Source: an uncultured Bacilli bacterium (GTDB lineage Bacteria; Bacillota_I; Bacilli_A; RF39; UBA660). From it: a stretch of DNA of 40,480 nucleotides. Under the pieces are notes generated by a model. That model ran no database searches and was not told where the DNA came from. It saw only the letters and a list, made by a program, of their open reading frames with translations. The stretch spans positions 1 to 40,480 of the forward strand of contig CAKOKF010000001.1 in NCBI GenBank assembly GCA_934090775.1. The letters are read 5' to 3'. This document shows positions 37,114 to 40,480 of the stretch, in pieces (the stretch's first letter is position 1; each line of letters opens with the position of its first letter). The position numbers and the translations under genes were made by a program.

Positions 37114-37992
37114 TCAAAAATCATAAAACCCTAAGTCTTTTAGAATAAACTCTTTATCTCGCCAATTAGGTATACATTTTACATATAGTTCTAAATAAAC
37201 TTTTTTACCAAGTAAATTTTCGATATCTTTACGAGCTTCCATGCCAACATTTTTTAGCATTTCGCCATTATGACCAATAATAATTTTCTTTAGTGATTCT
37301 CGATCAACAATTATATCAACATTAATATTAACAATATTAGCTTTTTCTAAAAAATTTGTTGTAAAGCATGTTATAGCATGTGGTATTTCTTGTTCTAGAT
37401 GATTAAATAACTTTTCTCTTACATACTCGCCTATCATAAAACGAATAGAACTACTAGTAATCGCATCGTCCTTAAAATATTTTATATCATCAGTTAAATA
37501 TTTTCTAACAACTTCTATTAAAGTATTAACATTTTCACCATTTTTAGCACTTACTGGAACAATATCACTAAAAGGAAATAAATCCTTGTATTCTACTATT
37601 CTTGTCATAATTTCTTCTTTTTTCATCATATCTATTTTGTTTAAAACTAAAATAGTAGGAATATCTTCATTTAAATTTTTGATAATCTCCTTATCACCGT
37701 GGCCTAAGCCTCCCTTAGCATCTACCACTAACAAAATACAATCAACTTCTTTTTGTTGACTTAATGATTGTTTATTTAAAACTTTGCCTAATTTATCAAC
37801 TGGTTTATTAATTCCCGGTGTATCAACAAATACTATTTGACTTTCATTATCATTATAAATGCCCTCAATAATATTGCGAGTAGTTCCAGCTTTATCAGAA
37901 GTTATCGCTACATGATAATTAACAATATTATTTAAAAGTGTAGATTTTCCTACATTAGGTCGACCAATTATACTTACAAACCCACTTTTCAT
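37114..37992 (-). CDS. era: GTPase Era
   Basis: G1 GRPNVGKSTLLN, G3 DTPG, G4 NKID, and a C-terminal KH domain. There is an ATGA overlap with ybeY. Confidence 0.95.
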   Translation of the reverse strand: MKSGFVSIIGRPNVGKSTLLNNIVNYHVAITSDKAGTTRNIIEGIYNDNESQIVFVDTPGINKPVDKLGKVLNKQSLSQQKEVDCILLVVDAKGGLGHGDKEIIKNLNEDIPTILVLNKIDMMKKEEIMTRIVEYKDLFPFSDIVPVSAKNGENVNTLIEVVRKYLTDDIKYFKDDAITSSSIRFMIGEYVREKLFNHLEQEIPHAITCFTTNFLEKANIVNINVDIIVDRESLKKIIIGHNGEMLKNVGMEARKDIENLLGKKVYLELYVKCIPNWRDKEFILKDLGFYDF

Positions 37993-38432
37993 CTTGTAAT
38001 CCCCAATTCTTCTAATATCTTTTCTTGCTTACCAAACATTACCTTTTCTTCTTCTTTTTCCATATGATCATATCCCAAAAGATGTAAAAGTCCATGACAA
38101 GTCAAAAATGATAATTCTCTTTTTTCACTATGGCCATATTCCTTAGCTTGTTCTTTCATCTTATCAATACATATATAAATATCACCAAGTACCCTTAAAT
38201 TCTCAACTTCAAAATCATTGCTATCTTCTAAAGCAAACGAAATTACATCCGTCGGTCTATCAATACCACGATACTCTTTATTTAATTTGTGTATTTCTTC
38301 TAAACTAACATAGATAATTGAAAATACTGCACCAGTCACTTTTTCACTTTCCAAAGTCTTAGCTATAACATCATTTAAATAATCATAATCTTTATACAAA
38401 CCATTATCAACAATAGTATAATTATTTTCCAT
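37989..38432 (-). CDS. ybeY: rRNA maturation endoribonuclease YbeY
   Basis: Zinc motif HGLLHLLGYDH. The start is moved to ATG 38432 with an AGGTGG RBS, giving a TGATG overlap with the upstream stop. Confidence 0.9.
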   Translation of the reverse strand: MENNYTIVDNGLYKDYDYLNDVIAKTLESEKVTGAVFSIIYVSLEEIHKLNKEYRGIDRPTDVISFALEDSNDFEVENLRVLGDIYICIDKMKEQAKEYGHSEKRELSFLTCHGLLHLLGYDHMEKEEEKVMFGKQEKILEELGITR

Positions 38433-39049
38433 CAAAACCACCTTAAATCTAATATATTTGCTGCATATAAAATAAATATAACTAGTATTATAAGAGAAAT
38501 TACATCATAAATAAAGTCTTTTTGCAAAATCTTTGGTAAATGTTTATAAATAGCATCTAAAGCAATATAAACAAAGTAACCAAATATCGCCCCAACAATA
38601 TTTAACATAACATCATCAATATCAAAAGAACGACCTATTTTTAACTGAACAGTTTCTACAGTCACACTAGTTATCATTGCATCTAAAATAATTGGCCATA
38701 CCTTCTTAGGCCTAATATATCTAGAAATAAAATAACCAAAAGGCATGAAAATAAGAATATTGCCTAAGACATTATAAATAAACATTTTGCTACCAATTTT
38801 ATAGCGCATTATTTCTTTAAAAGGAATTATATTTATCCCACTACCATAAGAATTTTCAGTACCAGTTAAAAGCTCAAATAAAAGTAAAACATAAATAATA
38901 AATAGTAAATTAAAAATTTCATCATGTAAAACTATTTTTTGATTAGTACTTCTTATATAGCTAATTCGTACCGTACAAATAACAACTATAAATATAATTA
39001 ACATTGGAAGAGCACTATTGACAATTCCTCGAAATGCATCACTAAACAT
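38432..39049 (-). CDS. VanZ-like family membrane protein
   Basis: 205 aa, 5-6 TM segments. NIIPFKEI..., NILIFMPFGYF and SVTVETVQLKIGRSFDIDDVMLNIVGAIFGY resemble the VanZ family. RBS AGAGG. Confidence 0.7.
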   Translation of the reverse strand: MFSDAFRGIVNSALPMLIIFIVVICTVRISYIRSTNQKIVLHDEIFNLLFIIYVLLLFELLTGTENSYGSGINIIPFKEIMRYKIGSKMFIYNVLGNILIFMPFGYFISRYIRPKKVWPIILDAMITSVTVETVQLKIGRSFDIDDVMLNIVGAIFGYFVYIALDAIYKHLPKILQKDFIYDVISLIILVIFILYAANILDLRWF

Positions 39050-39064
39050 AATAAACCTCTTTAC

Positions 39065-40168
39065 CTATTTTGAAAGTATCACTAAAGCTGTCACAAATAC
39101 TTCCATATCTATTGTACTATCAAACTCTATCTTTTTCAAAATATTTTTATATAAAATTTGTTCACCATCTTCTTTTTGTAAATTAATCTTCGTACTAATG
39201 ATCTCTTCAATTTTTTGCTCTAATTCTTCTTCCGTATAATAAATATCCTGATAAGTAAACTCTTTTTCTTTCGTTTTTAGTAATTTTTTTCCTAAAATAC
39301 TAATTATTTCCTTAGATTCTTCATCATAATTTTGATATTTACTTCTTAATATTTTATAATCATTTCTTCCTAAATCTAGTTTAAAGTTAGTTTGAGTTCT
39401 ACCAGTATAATTTTTAATTTGATACTTTTTGGGAATACTGATACTAGCTTTATACCAAACCTCACCATAAACCGTTCCCTCGGCACATATTTGTTGCTTT
39501 AGTTCTTCATTTAAACTAATATCACCACTAATAAGCAAATCACCAGCTCTTACATACTGATTTTCATAAACCAAAACATTACCTTGCGTAGCAATAATTT
39601 TTTTTACAATTCCATCTTTTTTAGCATAAACATTACAGTAATTTTCTCGAGTATCCTCTTCGCTCATTTTTCTTTCTTCTAAAGTAACTAAATAAGTCAT
39701 TCCAATATTTTTAATTTCTAACCATTCTATTTTATCTTTATACTCATTTTCCAACTTTTGCTTAATAATATATAAACTATCATCACTTTTTTTAAAACTT
39801 AATCTTTCTAAACCATTATTTTCTAAAGACTTATTTAATTCTTTTGCCAATTCTTCATTATTACTAACAATCTCAATTTTAATAATAATATTTTTAAAAA
39901 CCAAAAAAAGAAAAAAACTAAAAATTATACTTAATACAAATAAATAATTTGCTTTTATTTTCTTAATAAAACTTTTTAAATTATATTCTTTTATTATGGT
40001 AACTTTATAATATTTACTTATTTTTTTAAGGTCACTTTTAGAAATTTTACATTTCAAAATATTCTTTTTATAGCTTATTCTTTCAATATATATATCATTT
40101 TTAATAGAATCAATTAAAAAGCTATTAAGATTAAAAACTCGAATATTTGCGACAATCAAATTATTCAT
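39065..40168 (-). CDS. yqfD: Sporulation protein YqfD (stage IV sporulation protein family)
   Basis: 367 aa with a single TM segment near residue 80 and the C-terminal pattern ...AKKDGIVKKIIATQGNVLVYENQYVRAGDLLISGDI... It lies immediately downstream of, and overlaps, a yqfC-like gene, as in B. subtilis. Confidence 0.8.
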   Translation of the reverse strand: MNNLIVANIRVFNLNSFLIDSIKNDIYIERISYKKNILKCKISKSDLKKISKYYKVTIIKEYNLKSFIKKIKANYLFVLSIIFSFFLFLVFKNIIIKIEIVSNNEELAKELNKSLENNGLERLSFKKSDDSLYIIKQKLENEYKDKIEWLEIKNIGMTYLVTLEERKMSEEDTRENYCNVYAKKDGIVKKIIATQGNVLVYENQYVRAGDLLISGDISLNEELKQQICAEGTVYGEVWYKASISIPKKYQIKNYTGRTQTNFKLDLGRNDYKILRSKYQNYDEESKEIISILGKKLLKTKEKEFTYQDIYYTEEELEQKIEEIISTKINLQKEDGEQILYKNILKKIEFDSTIDMEVFVTALVILSK

Positions 40169-40400
40169 AGGTAACTTCCTTTATTGTTCCATAAATAATT
40201 AATTCCTTGCCACATGATCTTTTTAAAATTAAATCATTACCTAATATCATTAATTTTTTAGCAGCAATTTCCATAACAATTTTTTTATTAGTTATCGAAT
40301 ATAATTTTGTAAAATTGTATACATACAAGGAATTATTAAAATAGGCTAAAAAATAATCTTTATCATACAAAAATTTTTGTAAATTCGTCCAAATATGCAT
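40161..40400 (-). CDS. yqfC: Sporulation protein YqfC (YabP/YqfC family)
   Basis: 79 aa. The C-terminal LILKRSCGKELIIYGTIKEVTY pattern is typical of YabP/YqfC. It overlaps yqfD by 8 nt. RBS GGTGA. Confidence 0.7.
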   Translation of the reverse strand: MHIWTNLQKFLYDKDYFLAYFNNSLYVYNFTKLYSITNKKIVMEIAAKKLMILGNDLILKRSCGKELIIYGTIKEVTYE

Positions 40401-40422
40401 AGCATCACCTAAATAATCCTAT

Positions 40423-40449
40423 GAAAAAAGAAGTCTAATAAGACTTCTT
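40423..40449 (-). terminator. Rho-independent terminator of the gene upstream of yqfC
   Basis: 9-bp stem AAGAAGTCT / AGACTTCTT (40428-40436 pairs with 40441-40449) with a 4-nt loop, followed on the minus strand by TTTT. Confidence 0.6.
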
Positions 40450-40480
40450 AAATCAAACTTGCTTTGATTAGTTTACTAAC
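40448..40480 (-). CDS. 3' end (10 codons) of an unidentified gene running off the window
   Basis: Only one minus-strand frame is open from the window edge (...VSKLIKASLI, stop TAA at 40450-40448). The terminator hairpin starts at the stop codon. Confidence 0.3.
   Translation of the reverse strand, partial: VSKLIKASLI

Noticed and set aside
3822-39239. Fifteen ORF-track entries of 60-105 aa lie antisense inside large genes: 3822-4115, 7073-7339, 7364-7606, 7685-7981, 8513-8797, 9071-9325, 13044-13265, 13587-13841, 16396-16602, 18922-19239, 19314-19499, 23513-23695, 24768-25040, 28789-28980 and 39018-39239.
   Set aside because: Each is fully embedded opposite a confidently identified gene (ileS, ATPase, priA, recD2, ppdK and others). 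They lack an RBS and give low-complexity Ile/Leu/Ser/Phe-rich products typical of antisense frames. I see no evidence for overlapping genes.
40416-40444. A sigmaE-like promoter upstream of yqfC: GTCTTATT, 13 nt, CATAGGAT.
   Set aside because: It gives only 6/7 and 6/8 matches to my recollection of the consensus (ZHATAxx-14-CATACAHT), with off-optimal spacing, and it overlaps the terminator hairpin. That is too degenerate to call without transcript mapping.
1-40480. I looked for CRISPR-like spaced repeats, IS or transposase genes, phage genes, toxin-antitoxin pairs, tRNA or rRNA genes, and GC-rich islands indicating structured RNAs.
   Set aside because: None were found. The only GC-rich noncoding patches are the T-box core (6510-6526) and a small hairpin after deoD (30926-30941). 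The single recombinase is a chromosomal Xer-type enzyme in a housekeeping context.

Overview
This is a very AT-rich, densely packed chromosomal segment from a low-GC, endospore-forming Firmicute; I cannot assign a species. It uses the standard genetic code: Trp is TGG and TGA is used as a stop. About 34 of 39 genes lie on the minus strand, and many are translationally coupled (ATGA or TGATG overlaps at lspA/rluD, ybeY/era, vanZ-like/ybeY, yqfC/yqfD, pfkB/smr).

Content is mostly core housekeeping:
- Translation: ileS with a clear Ile T-box leader, and glyQS.
- DNA replication and repair: priA, recD2, recO, and a Xer-type recombinase.
- Other core genes: era, ybeY, lspA, rluD, ppdK, deoD, sepF, divIVA, a rhomboid protease, a P-type Ca2+-ATPase, a PMM/PGM mutase and an AI-2E permease.
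- Sporulation genes interleaved with these: sigG, pro-sigK, yqfC, yqfD and a ylmC/ymxH-like gene.

The order yqfC-yqfD ... ybeY-era-yqzL-recO-(X)-glyQS mirrors the Bacillus subtilis yqf region, with losses and replacements. I found no rRNA or tRNA genes, CRISPR arrays, transposases or prophage genes, and no obvious defence island.

The least ordinary items are:
1. A tandem pair of genes built from five helicase-associated (HA) repeats downstream of ileS. One copy is intact and one is visibly decaying.
2. An unrecognisable 231-codon ORF sitting where B. subtilis has the glyQS T-box, translationally coupled to glyQS.
3. A divergent, extended sigma-70-family protein of about 310 aa.
4. An orphan sigG with a forespore-type promoter directly downstream of a membrane-anchored XRE regulator.
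5. Metallophosphoesterase genes paired with recD2 and priA, one of them fused to an HTH domain.

None of these amounts to a demonstrable new multi-gene system from sequence alone. All product calls rest on motifs read by eye, not on database searches.
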